Of a stretch of DNA of 64,000 nt, positions 8,431 to 16,499 are shown piece after piece. The notes under the pieces are model-generated. The model was not told the DNA's origin. It saw nothing but the letters and a program-made list of their open reading frames with translations, and searched no databases. This stretch comes from an uncultured Bacteroidales bacterium. Its GTDB lineage: Bacteria > Bacteroidota > Bacteroidia > Bacteroidales > P3. How positions within the stretch are numbered: the stretch's first letter is position 1; the number at the start of each line of letters is the position of its first letter. Position numbers and translations under genes: made by a program. Where the stretch lies: positions 20,591 to 84,590 of the forward strand of contig CAKZZD010000020.1 in assembly GCA_937886715.1 (NCBI GenBank), given 5' to 3'.

Positions 8431-8612
8431 ATACAATCTCGCTGTGGCTTGCTGAATTAGGTTGTCACTTTTGTGTCTTGCGACTGGATCAGGTTGACGG
8501 GTTAATTATTGTCGACTGTTTCCGGTTGTCAGCCGCCTTTATTTTTGATGGCTTTTGTGTCAACTTTTTTCAGCGCAAGACATGAGTTAAGCTGCCGAAA
8601 ATGATAATAATA

Positions 8613-8643
8613 TTTATTAAATTTAAAAAAATTAGTATATTTG
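8613..8643 (+). promoter_or_regulatory. Candidate proximal promoter of the polysaccharide locus (TTTA-N19-TAtaTTTG)
   Basis: tatatttg at 8636-8643 lies in an AT-rich patch 168 nt upstream of the upxY ATG. The -33 element is imperfect (ttta). Confidence 0.45.
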
Positions 8644-8810
8644 CATATTGATTGTCGAATTCCCATAAACCGGAAAAGGCTGTCAATGAACGGGTTGCAA
8701 CAAGCCTCCTGCGATAGGAGCGCCCTGTAAGCCAGAACCTACCGACTGGCGAACCCCATCCCAACCTGCCATGAGCGGGGAGGGGAAGATGTATAAGGAC
8801 AAGAAAAACA

Positions 8811-9332
8811 ATGCACAAAATGCCCAACGACGAGACACCCCACTGGTACGCCATGCGCGTCTACCACAACCGCAGCAAAATGCTGACGGAAACGCTCTCG
8901 GACGACGGCATTGAGTATTTCGACCCGTCGGAGGCCATCGCCTCGCTGCTGTTCGTGCATTGCGACGAGCACTACATCGCCGATTTGGGGTCTCGCTATT
9001 TCGACCGCGTGTGGATCTACCGCCGCACCGGCTCGCGGGTGCCTGCAGTAGTGCCCGACCGCGAGATGGAGGTGTTCCGCTTCGTGGTGACGGCAGGCAA
9101 GCAGGGGCTGACATTCTTGGGCGACGACCGGCCGGAGTATCACCAGGGCGACCGCGTAGTGGTCACCGACGGCCCGTTCAAAGGTGCCGAAGGGCACATC
9201 AAACGCATCAAACGCGACCGACGGCTGATTGTCAGCATCGACGGCGTGGTGGCAGTGGCCACCACATATATCCATCCCAAATTCTTGAAGAAAGTCGACA
9301 TGCCTGAGCCCACTGGGCGCTTCCGGATATGA
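8811..9332 (+). CDS. upxY: UpxY-family (NusG-like) transcription antiterminator
   Basis: It has an NGN-like N-terminus (HWYAMRVYHNRSK) and a KOW motif (GDRVVVTDGPFKGAEGHIKRI). It is the first gene of a long co-directional polysaccharide locus. Confidence 0.85.
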   Translation: MHKMPNDETPHWYAMRVYHNRSKMLTETLSDDGIEYFDPSEAIASLLFVHCDEHYIADLGSRYFDRVWIYRRTGSRVPAVVPDREMEVFRFVVTAGKQGLTFLGDDRPEYHQGDRVVVTDGPFKGAEGHIKRIKRDRRLIVSIDGVVAVATTYIHPKFLKKVDMPEPTGRFRI

Positions 9333-10495
9333 AGACACCGCTGTTCCACCTGCAATACGAGCTCGACCAGCCCTACACCGAAAGGGGCACCGAGTCGGGT
9401 GCGAAACTGTTCACCGACGAGATCGACGACCCCGTCGTGCGCCGTTGTCTGGAGACCACCGGCAAGATGGGGCAAAAGGAGCTGGCCCGGTGGCTGCAGC
9501 GCGAACACGAATCGATCAAGGACAAGGTCTACGTCACGCCGCTGACCACCTACACGCCCGAAGCACTCGACTACAGGCTCGAAGGCATCAGCCCCGCACT
9601 GGTCTACATCTCCCGTCCGCTGCACACAATCATGATGCTCGACGAGTTCCTCCACGAGGCCAACGTGCACCTTGAAACCGGTGCATGGATCAGCTGCCAC
9701 TCGATGACGTCGGTGCTGAAGCGCAAGCTGCTGATGAAGCGCTACCCCTGGGGCATACGCCACGTGGCGGCCGCGGCGCACTATATGTGGCACCGGGTGT
9801 GCCCGAAGCTGGGACTGACACGCAAGCTGTATTTCTCCATCACCGGCGGCAAAAACCGCACCTTCAACCGGGTGGAGATCCTGGGACGGCTCTATCGTGC
9901 CGGCTTCGAGGTGAAGGACGAGCAGTTCCGCGAGGGCGAGTTTTTTGTCATCGCGCAAAAGGTAAAGCCGCCCGTCGAGGACAAGGCACCCACGGGTTCG
10001 CCCATCATCCACCTCCGCCGCGTGGGACTGAACGGCAAGCCCATCGTGGTCCACAAGTTCCGCACCATGTACACCTACTCGGAGTACATCCAGTCGTACA
10101 TCTACCGTTATCAGAACCTGGACAACGGCGGCAAGTTCAAGAACGACTACCGGGTGAACTTCTGGGGCAAGATCCTGCGCAAAAGCTGGCTCGACGAGTT
10201 GCCGATGGTGTGGAACATGATCCAGGGCGACATGAAACTGGTGGGCGTGCGCCCGTTGAGCCAGCAGTATTTCAGCCTCTACACGCCCGAGATGCAGGAG
10301 CTCCGCACCCGCACCAAGCCCGGCCTGCTCCCGCCGTTCTATTACGACGCCGTCACGCCGGAAAGCATCGACGATGTGCAAGCCTCTGAACGCCGCTACC
10401 TGGAAGCCTACCTCAAAGCGCCGTTCCGCACCGACTGGCGCTACTTCTGGGGCATCGTGGGCAACATCGTCTTCCGTAACAAGCGCTCGAAGTAA
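9329..10495 (+). CDS. Initiating sugar transferase (Bac_transf polyprenyl-phosphate glycosyl-1-phosphate transferase core) with an atypical soluble-looking N-terminal domain
   Basis: The C-terminal half has IIHLRRVGLNGKPIVVHKFRTM, WLDELPMVWNMIQGDMKLVGVRP and KPGLL. There is an ATGA overlap with upxY. Confidence 0.75.
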   Translation: MKTPLFHLQYELDQPYTERGTESGAKLFTDEIDDPVVRRCLETTGKMGQKELARWLQREHESIKDKVYVTPLTTYTPEALDYRLEGISPALVYISRPLHTIMMLDEFLHEANVHLETGAWISCHSMTSVLKRKLLMKRYPWGIRHVAAAAHYMWHRVCPKLGLTRKLYFSITGGKNRTFNRVEILGRLYRAGFEVKDEQFREGEFFVIAQKVKPPVEDKAPTGSPIIHLRRVGLNGKPIVVHKFRTMYTYSEYIQSYIYRYQNLDNGGKFKNDYRVNFWGKILRKSWLDELPMVWNMIQGDMKLVGVRPLSQQYFSLYTPEMQELRTRTKPGLLPPFYYDAVTPESIDDVQASERRYLEAYLKAPFRTDWRYFWGIVGNIVFRNKRSK

Positions 10496-10634
10496 CTCTC
10501 GCAGTGGACTTCAACAATTTGCCTCGGAGAGGCCACCCTCACGAAACACAATAAACACCCATACATAAGTACGGCACTGCAAAATAGCAGAACCATAAGC
10601 ATGTCGGGGACATGCAACAAAGCGATTTCATCCA

Positions 10635-11546
10635 ATGAAGCAAGACAATAAAAACTTCGACTCTTCGGCTCCCCAATCTTTCGACCATTCGACATCCAAC
10701 GAGGGCTGGACTACTGTCATCAAGCCGAAGGACAAGTTGCTGTCGGTCGACTTCGGCGAACTGTGGCGCTACCGCGACCTCTGCTCGCTGTTTGTCAGGC
10801 GCAATATCACCACGCAGTTCAAGCAGACGGTGCTTGGCCCGTTGTGGTATGTCCTGCAGCCGATGATCACGGTGGTGATGTATATGGTGGTGTTCGGCAA
10901 CATTGCCAAAATACCCACCGACGGACTTCCTCAGCCGCTGTTCTACCTGAGCGGAATCTGCCTCTGGCAGTATTTCAGCGACTGTCTGAACAAGACCTCC
11001 TCAACGTTTGTGTCGAACGCCAGCATCTTCGGCAAAGTCTACTTCCCACGACTCATCGTGCCCATCTCCAACGTCATCTCCAACCTGCTCCGCTTTGGCA
11101 TCCAGTTCGCCCTTTTTCTGGTGGTGTACGCCGTCTATCAGATTTTCATCATCCCCGGACAGATCCACACCAATTGGTATGCCCTGATGCTGCCCGTGTT
11201 GGTGGCCATGCTGGCCGGCTTGGCGCTGGGTTTCGGAGTGCTGTTTTCCAGCCTGACCACAAAGTATCGCGACCTGCAGCTGCTGCTGGGCTACTTCGTC
11301 AGCCTGTGGATGTATGCCACACCGGTGATCTATCCCTTGAGCACCATCCACAACAACACGCTGCGCTTCATCATGTCGCTCAACCCCCTGACAGGCATCG
11401 TCGAAGCCTTCAAGTATGGCTTCCTCGGCGAGGGTGTCTTCAGCTGGGGTCTGCTGGGCTACAGCTTCGCCTTCATGGTAGTGCTGCTGGCCATCGGCGT
11501 GGTGCTCTTCAACCGGGTGCAACGCACCTTCATGGACACCGTCTGA
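10635..11546 (+). CDS. wzm: ABC-2 type polysaccharide export permease (Wzm/TagG-like)
   Basis: The sequence ELWRYRDLCSLFVRRNITTQFKQTVLGPLWYVLQPM is followed by six hydrophobic segments. Confidence 0.85.
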   Translation: MKQDNKNFDSSAPQSFDHSTSNEGWTTVIKPKDKLLSVDFGELWRYRDLCSLFVRRNITTQFKQTVLGPLWYVLQPMITVVMYMVVFGNIAKIPTDGLPQPLFYLSGICLWQYFSDCLNKTSSTFVSNASIFGKVYFPRLIVPISNVISNLLRFGIQFALFLVVYAVYQIFIIPGQIHTNWYALMLPVLVAMLAGLALGFGVLFSSLTTKYRDLQLLLGYFVSLWMYATPVIYPLSTIHNNTLRFIMSLNPLTGIVEAFKYGFLGEGVFSWGLLGYSFAFMVVLLAIGVVLFNRVQRTFMDTV

Positions 11547-11548
11547 TC

Positions 11549-12586
11549 ATGGCAACCATACAACAGCTGGCATACGGACTGCTGGTGCCCGCCGTGAACG
11601 GTGAGACGCCGCAAGGCGCGCTCTTCGACAACCTGGACACCGGCCAATGGGCGCAGCTGTTCCGCCTGATGCGGCAGAACAATGTGGTGGCGCTGACAGC
11701 CGCATCGGTGGCTCAGCTGGGCGAGCAGGTGCCTCGCAGCATCAAAATGCCGTGGTTGATGGAACGCGAAAAAGCGGCCAGCCGCTACCGCATGCAGGCC
11801 GACGTCGAGCACGACATCAAAGCGTTGATGCAGGAGCACGGCATCAAATGCATGACCCTTAAAGGGACACACCTGTCCCGCTACTACCCCACACCTGAGT
11901 GTCGCGAGTTCGGCGACCTGGACCTCTACTTCTTCGACCGGCAGGCCGATGCCGACCGTCTGATGGCCGACGAGCACGGCGTCGCAATCAGCAACGACGC
12001 CCACCACCACACGAAGTATGTCTACCGCGGCGTCACGGTGGAAAGCCACTACAATTTCGTCAACGTCCACACCCCCCGCAGCAACCGCCGCTACGAACAG
12101 CTGCTCAAAAGCCTGGCACCTTCGCCCACCTTCGAGCTGCTGTTCATGCTGCGCCACGTGGCGGTACACTTTGCGGCCAGCCGCATCACGCTGCGCGACC
12201 TGACCGATTGGCACCTCGCCACCCGGCAATTGGAGGGTTCCGTCGACTGGGACACGGTACGTAAGGCCGCCAAAGACTTCGGCATGGCGCCTTTCGCCGA
12301 TGCGCTGACCTCCATCGTGAGCCGTCGTTTCAACCATGAAATACCTCTCCGCTTTGCCCCCGAAAACGACATCGCCGAAAAGGTGGAGCACGATATGCTC
12401 TTTGGCAGTCCGCAGAGCGAGGAATACCCCGCCAATGGCTGGGGTAGGCTATCCTGGAAGCTGCGCCGCTACCGTGCCAACCGATGGAAACAGCGTCTCG
12501 TCTTCAACGACTCGCCGCTGAGCCTGCTCCTCACCAGCCTCGGCTCCCACTCTCGCAACCCGCATAGCATCCTGCATAAGATATAA
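11549..12586 (+). CDS. Uncharacterised nucleotidyltransferase-family protein (NTP_transf_5-like)
   Basis: Frame of ORF 10763..12586. The N-terminal part of that ORF overlaps wzm out of frame. The sensible start is [12 protein letters not shown] at 11549. The GDLDLYF motif is present. Confidence 0.55.
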   Translation: MATIQQLAYGLLVPAVNGETPQGALFDNLDTGQWAQLFRLMRQNNVVALTAASVAQLGEQVPRSIKMPWLMEREKAASRYRMQADVEHDIKALMQEHGIKCMTLKGTHLSRYYPTPECREFGDLDLYFFDRQADADRLMADEHGVAISNDAHHHTKYVYRGVTVESHYNFVNVHTPRSNRRYEQLLKSLAPSPTFELLFMLRHVAVHFAASRITLRDLTDWHLATRQLEGSVDWDTVRKAAKDFGMAPFADALTSIVSRRFNHEIPLRFAPENDIAEKVEHDMLFGSPQSEEYPANGWGRLSWKLRRYRANRWKQRLVFNDSPLSLLLTSLGSHSRNPHSILHKI

Positions 12587-12596
12587 CCTCACTCCC

Positions 12597-13664
12597 ATGA
12601 AAAAAGCCCTTATCACTGGCATCACAGGCCAAGACGGCAGCTATCTGGCCGAATTTCTCATCGAAAAAGGCTACGAGGTGCACGGCATCCTGCGTCGCAG
12701 CAGTTCGTTCAACACTGGGCGCATCGAGCACCTGTACCTCGACGAATGGGTGCGCGACATGCACCAGAAGCGCCTGGTGGAGCTGCATTGGGGTGACATG
12801 ACCGATAGCAGCAGTCTCATCCGCATCATCAGCGAGGTGCGGCCCGACGAAATATACAACCTCGCAGCACAGAGCCACGTGAAGGTGAGCTTCGATGTGC
12901 CTGAATTCACGGCCGACACCGATGCCAACGGAGTGCTGCGCCTGCTTGAGGCTGTGCGCATCACGGGCCTCTCCCAGACATGCCGCATCTACCAAGCTTC
13001 TACGTCCGAGCTCTACGGCAAGGTGCAGGAAGTGCCACAGAGCGAGACGACACCCTTCTATCCGCGTTCTCCCTATGGCGTGGCTAAGCTTTACGGCTAC
13101 TGGATGATGAAGAACTACCGCGAAAGCTACAACATGTTCTGCTGCAATGGCATACTCTTCAATCATGAGAGCGAACGTCGCGGCGAGACTTTCGTCACAC
13201 GAAAAATCACGCTAGCCGCCGCCCGCATCTCACAAGGATTCCAGGACAAGCTCTACCTGGGCAACCTCAACGCTCTGCGCGACTGGGGCTACGCTAGGGA
13301 CTATGTGGAGTGCATGTGGCTCATCCTCCAGCAGGAAAAACCCGACGACTACGTCATTGCCACAGGCCAGTACCACACGGTGCGTGAATTCTGCACCCTG
13401 GCCTTCAAGGAAGCAGGTATCGAGCTACGCTGGGAAGGCGAAGGCATCAACGAGAAAGGCATCGAGGCCCAAAGCGGCAAGATCCTCGTCGAGGTCGACC
13501 CCAAATATTTCCGCCCCGCCGAAGTCGACCAGCTCCTCGGCGACCCCTCAAAGGCCAAACGCCTCCTCGGCTGGGACCCGCAGAAGACAAGCTTCGAAGA
13601 TCTCGTGAAGCTCATGGTGCAGCACGACATGAAAAAGGTCCGCCGCCTGCACCACACAGATTAA
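12597..13664 (+). CDS. gmd: GDP-mannose 4,6-dehydratase
   Basis: The sequence reads [47 protein letters not shown]..., with YGVAKLY and NHESERRG. Confidence 0.95.
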   Translation: MKKALITGITGQDGSYLAEFLIEKGYEVHGILRRSSSFNTGRIEHLYLDEWVRDMHQKRLVELHWGDMTDSSSLIRIISEVRPDEIYNLAAQSHVKVSFDVPEFTADTDANGVLRLLEAVRITGLSQTCRIYQASTSELYGKVQEVPQSETTPFYPRSPYGVAKLYGYWMMKNYRESYNMFCCNGILFNHESERRGETFVTRKITLAAARISQGFQDKLYLGNLNALRDWGYARDYVECMWLILQQEKPDDYVIATGQYHTVREFCTLAFKEAGIELRWEGEGINEKGIEAQSGKILVEVDPKYFRPAEVDQLLGDPSKAKRLLGWDPQKTSFEDLVKLMVQHDMKKVRRLHHTD

Positions 13665-13666
13665 GG

Positions 13667-14139
13667 CACACAGAAACCACAGAAATCACAGAAAAACCGT
13701 CACCCCCACGACACCAAATGAAATAACATACGAAATTAGGGGTGCGATATACGATGTGTATAAAGAACTTGGGCCTGGACTATTGGAAAGCGTATACGAG
13801 GAGGCATTGTGTTTCGAACTAGAACAACGCGGATTATTTATTGAACGACAAAAACAGGTGCCTGTCATATACAAGGGCTGCAGACTAAAAACAGATTTAC
13901 GACTCGATATTCTTGTTGAGGACAAAGTTATCGTCGAGTTGAAATCTGTAGAGGAAATGAAAAAAGTGTTCGCCAAACAACTTTTGACATACCTTCGCTT
14001 GATGGACAAAAGAATTGGGATTCTGGTGAATTTCAATACTGACGACATCTTGACATCAATCACTCGAATAGCCAATTGATTATTGCTCAACAAAATGATG
14101 CGTCAGCATAATTTCTGTGATTTCCGTGATTTCTGTGTG
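13667..14139. mobile_element. 473-bp inverted-repeat-bounded cassette carrying a GxxExxY gene, filling almost the whole gmd-fcl gap (13665..14180)
   Basis: The left arm is cacacagaaaccacagaaatcacagaaa (13667-13694). The right arm is tttctgtgatttccgtgatttctgtgtg (14112-14139), whose reverse complement matches 26/28. Each arm consists of three CACAGAAAY 9-mers. Confidence 0.5.
13756..14079 (+). CDS. GxxExxY family protein (PD-(D/E)XK-like); conserved N-terminus lacks a canonical start
   Basis: It contains LGPGLLESVYEEAL, DILVEDKVIVELKSV and GILVNFN. In-frame upstream codons encode NEITYEIRGAIYD, which is the usual family N-terminus, but no ATG/GTG/TTG precedes the GTG at 13756. Confidence 0.7.
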   Translation: MYKELGPGLLESVYEEALCFELEQRGLFIERQKQVPVIYKGCRLKTDLRLDILVEDKVIVELKSVEEMKKVFAKQLLTYLRLMDKRIGILVNFNTDDILTSITRIAN

Positions 14140-14180
14140 ACAAAAAAATGTTTTAACTCCGTGAGAAACATCAGCAAGAA

Positions 14181-15110
14181 ATGAACAAAGACAGCAAGAT
14201 ATACGTAGCAGGGCATCGGGGAATGGTGGGCAGCGCCATTGTGCGGGAACTGCAACGCAAAGGATACAACAATATCATTACACGTACTCATGCTGAGCTG
14301 GATCTCACTCGCCAAGAGGCTGTAGAATCCTTTTTTGAAGCAGAGAAGCCCGAATATGTCTTCCTCGCTGCCGCCAAGGTAGGTGGCATCGCCGCCAACA
14401 GCGCAGCCTTGGCCGACTTCATGTACCAGAACATGATGCTGGAGATGAACGTCATCCATGCCGCCTGGCAGAATGGCGTCAAAAAGCTGGAGTTTCTCGG
14501 CAGCAGCTGCATCTACCCCCGCATGGCGCCTCAGCCCATGAAGGAGGACTGCCTGCTGACCTCGGCGCTGGAACCCACCAACGAAGCCTACGCCCTGGCC
14601 AAGATCAGCGGATTGAAATACTGCGAATACCTCAATCGGCAATATGGCACCGATTACATCTCCGTCATGCCGACAAACCTATATGGCCCCAACGACAACT
14701 ATCATCCCGAGCGCAGCCACGTGCTACCGGCCATGATCCGTCGTTTTCACGAGGCCAAGATGGCTGGTGCGGAGAGCGTCACCTGCTGGGGCGACGGCAG
14801 CGCGCTGCGGGAATTCCTCTACGTCGACGACCTCGCCGAGCTCTGCGTCTTCCTGATGAACAACTACAGCGGCGACGAGACCGTCAATGCCGGCACTGGC
14901 AAAGAGCTCACCATCCGCGAACTGGCCGAGACTGTAGCCAAAGTGGTTGGCTATGAGGGCAAAATACTGTGGGATGCCAGCCGGCCCAACGGCACTCCAC
15001 GCAAACTCCTCGACGTTAGCAAGGCCACCCGCCTCGGCTGGACCTATAAGACGGAGCTGGAAGAAGGCATCCGATTGGCCTACAACGACTACAAAAACAC
15101 CATTATATAA
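14181..15110 (+). CDS. fcl: GDP-L-fucose synthase (GDP-4-keto-6-deoxymannose 3,5-epimerase/4-reductase)
   Basis: It contains [32 protein letters not shown] and [11 protein letters not shown]. Confidence 0.95.
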   Translation: MNKDSKIYVAGHRGMVGSAIVRELQRKGYNNIITRTHAELDLTRQEAVESFFEAEKPEYVFLAAAKVGGIAANSAALADFMYQNMMLEMNVIHAAWQNGVKKLEFLGSSCIYPRMAPQPMKEDCLLTSALEPTNEAYALAKISGLKYCEYLNRQYGTDYISVMPTNLYGPNDNYHPERSHVLPAMIRRFHEAKMAGAESVTCWGDGSALREFLYVDDLAELCVFLMNNYSGDETVNAGTGKELTIRELAETVAKVVGYEGKILWDASRPNGTPRKLLDVSKATRLGWTYKTELEEGIRLAYNDYKNTII

Positions 15111-15227
15111 TCGCTATCGGTTTTGCTCCCCTTTTGCTCATTTTTTGATCACCTTTTGCCTACTCCCTTCGTAATAATAAGACAACCTCGGTGATACACC
15201 GACACATATAGCCAACAGAAAAGCAAC

Positions 15228-16499
15228 ATGCCAACTGCCATAGAATTCAACAATATCAGCAAAATATACCGGCTCGGACTGGTGTCCACCGGCACGCTGA
15301 GCCATGATCTGAAACGCTGGTGGACGATGAATATCCGCCATCAGGAAGACCCCTACCTCACCATCGGCGAGACCAACGACCGCAGCACCAAAGGCGACAG
15401 CGACTACGTGTGGGCGCTGAAAGACATCGACTTCAAGGTAGAACAGGGCGACGTGGTGGGCATCATCGGCAAAAACGGCGCCGGCAAAAGCACCCTGCTG
15501 AAAATCCTCTCTAGGGTCACCGCCCCCACCACCGGCACCATCCGCGCCCGCGGCCGCATCGGCTCGCTGCTCGAAGTGGGCACAGGTTTCCACCCCGAGA
15601 TGACAGGGCGCGAGAATATCTACATGAATGGTGCCATCCTCGGCATGACCAAACAGGAAATCACGCGCAAATTGGACGAGATTGTCGACTTCAGCGGCTG
15701 CGAACGCTATATCGACACCCCTGTGAAGCGCTACAGCAGCGGCATGATGGTGCGCCTCGGCTTCGCCGTCGCCGCCCACCTCGACCCCGAGATCCTCGTC
15801 GTCGACGAAGTCCTCGCCGTCGGCGATGCCGAATTCCAGAAGAAAGCCATCGGCAAGATGCAAGATGTCAGCCGCGGTGAAGGCCGCACGGTGCTGTTCG
15901 TGAGTCACAATATGGCTAGCGTCCAGACACTCTGCGCCAGAGGAATTTTATTGGCAAATGGTACTATAAAGAAAATAGGCACTATTGGTGAAGTAATATC
16001 AGAATATCTATCTACTAACGCATATATTTCATACGATGATATTATGGATAGGTTTAAAGGGAAACAGCTCCCACAAGCCTATTTTACCAAAATTGATTTT
16101 ACTGATGTAGAGGGAAACGTGTGCAAGGCCGCAATATCAGGAGAAACTCTGAATATTGTAATTAGATACATTTCCAATCTCAGACGGCCATTTCACATAA
16201 ATATAGGCATTTACAATCAGGCAGGAGAAAAAATATTACATTTAAGTTCAGAGTATTGTTTGGCAGAAATAGACTTCCAACAACAAGAAGGTACATTTGT
16301 ATTTACCTACAAAAAACTACCTCTACCCAAGGGAGAATACATTATTAACTTCACACTATGGTCTGGATACGAACGAATAGACTGGGTTAGAGATTGCGTA
16401 AAACTAAATGTGACTGAAGGGGACTTTTATGGCAATGGTAAATTACCTGATTCTAAAGAAAATAAAGTTTTAACAGAATATCTATGTCAACAAGTATAG
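15228..16499 (+). CDS. wzt: Polysaccharide ABC transporter ATP-binding protein with C-terminal glycan-binding beta-sandwich (Wzt-type)
   Basis: The nucleotide-binding domain has GIIGKNGAGKSTLLK, YSSGMMVRLGFA and ILVVDEVLAVGD. An extra tail of about 170 aa (ETLNIVIRY...GEYIINFTLWS) is typical of the Wzt C-terminal domain. Confidence 0.85.
   Translation: MPTAIEFNNISKIYRLGLVSTGTLSHDLKRWWTMNIRHQEDPYLTIGETNDRSTKGDSDYVWALKDIDFKVEQGDVVGIIGKNGAGKSTLLKILSRVTAPTTGTIRARGRIGSLLEVGTGFHPEMTGRENIYMNGAILGMTKQEITRKLDEIVDFSGCERYIDTPVKRYSSGMMVRLGFAVAAHLDPEILVVDEVLAVGDAEFQKKAIGKMQDVSRGEGRTVLFVSHNMASVQTLCARGILLANGTIKKIGTIGEVISEYLSTNAYISYDDIMDRFKGKQLPQAYFTKIDFTDVEGNVCKAAISGETLNIVIRYISNLRRPFHINIGIYNQAGEKILHLSSEYCLAEIDFQQQEGTFVFTYKKLPLPKGEYIINFTLWSGYERIDWVRDCVKLNVTEGDFYGNGKLPDSKENKVLTEYLCQQV

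Noticed and set aside
8519-8676. Possible invertible promoter: tttccggtt (8519-8527) and aaccggaaa (8668-8676) flank the tatatttg -7 box
   Set aside because: The inverted repeat is only 9 bp, which is roughly what chance would give in a comparison of this size. It does not extend, and no recombinase gene is nearby. This is not enough to call a DNA invertase switch.
9140-10381. 413-aa minus-strand ORF and + strand ORF 9685..10389
   Set aside because: They are shadow ORFs over the sugar-transferase gene with low-complexity Arg/Gly/His/Pro content.
10763-11548. N-terminal 262 aa of ORF 10763..12586
   Set aside because: This part overlaps wzm in another frame and is Pro/Arg/His-rich. The nucleotidyltransferase-like protein starts at 11549.
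13686-14093. 135-aa minus-strand ORF
   Set aside because: It is antisense to the GxxExxY gene, which has unmistakable family motifs on the + strand.
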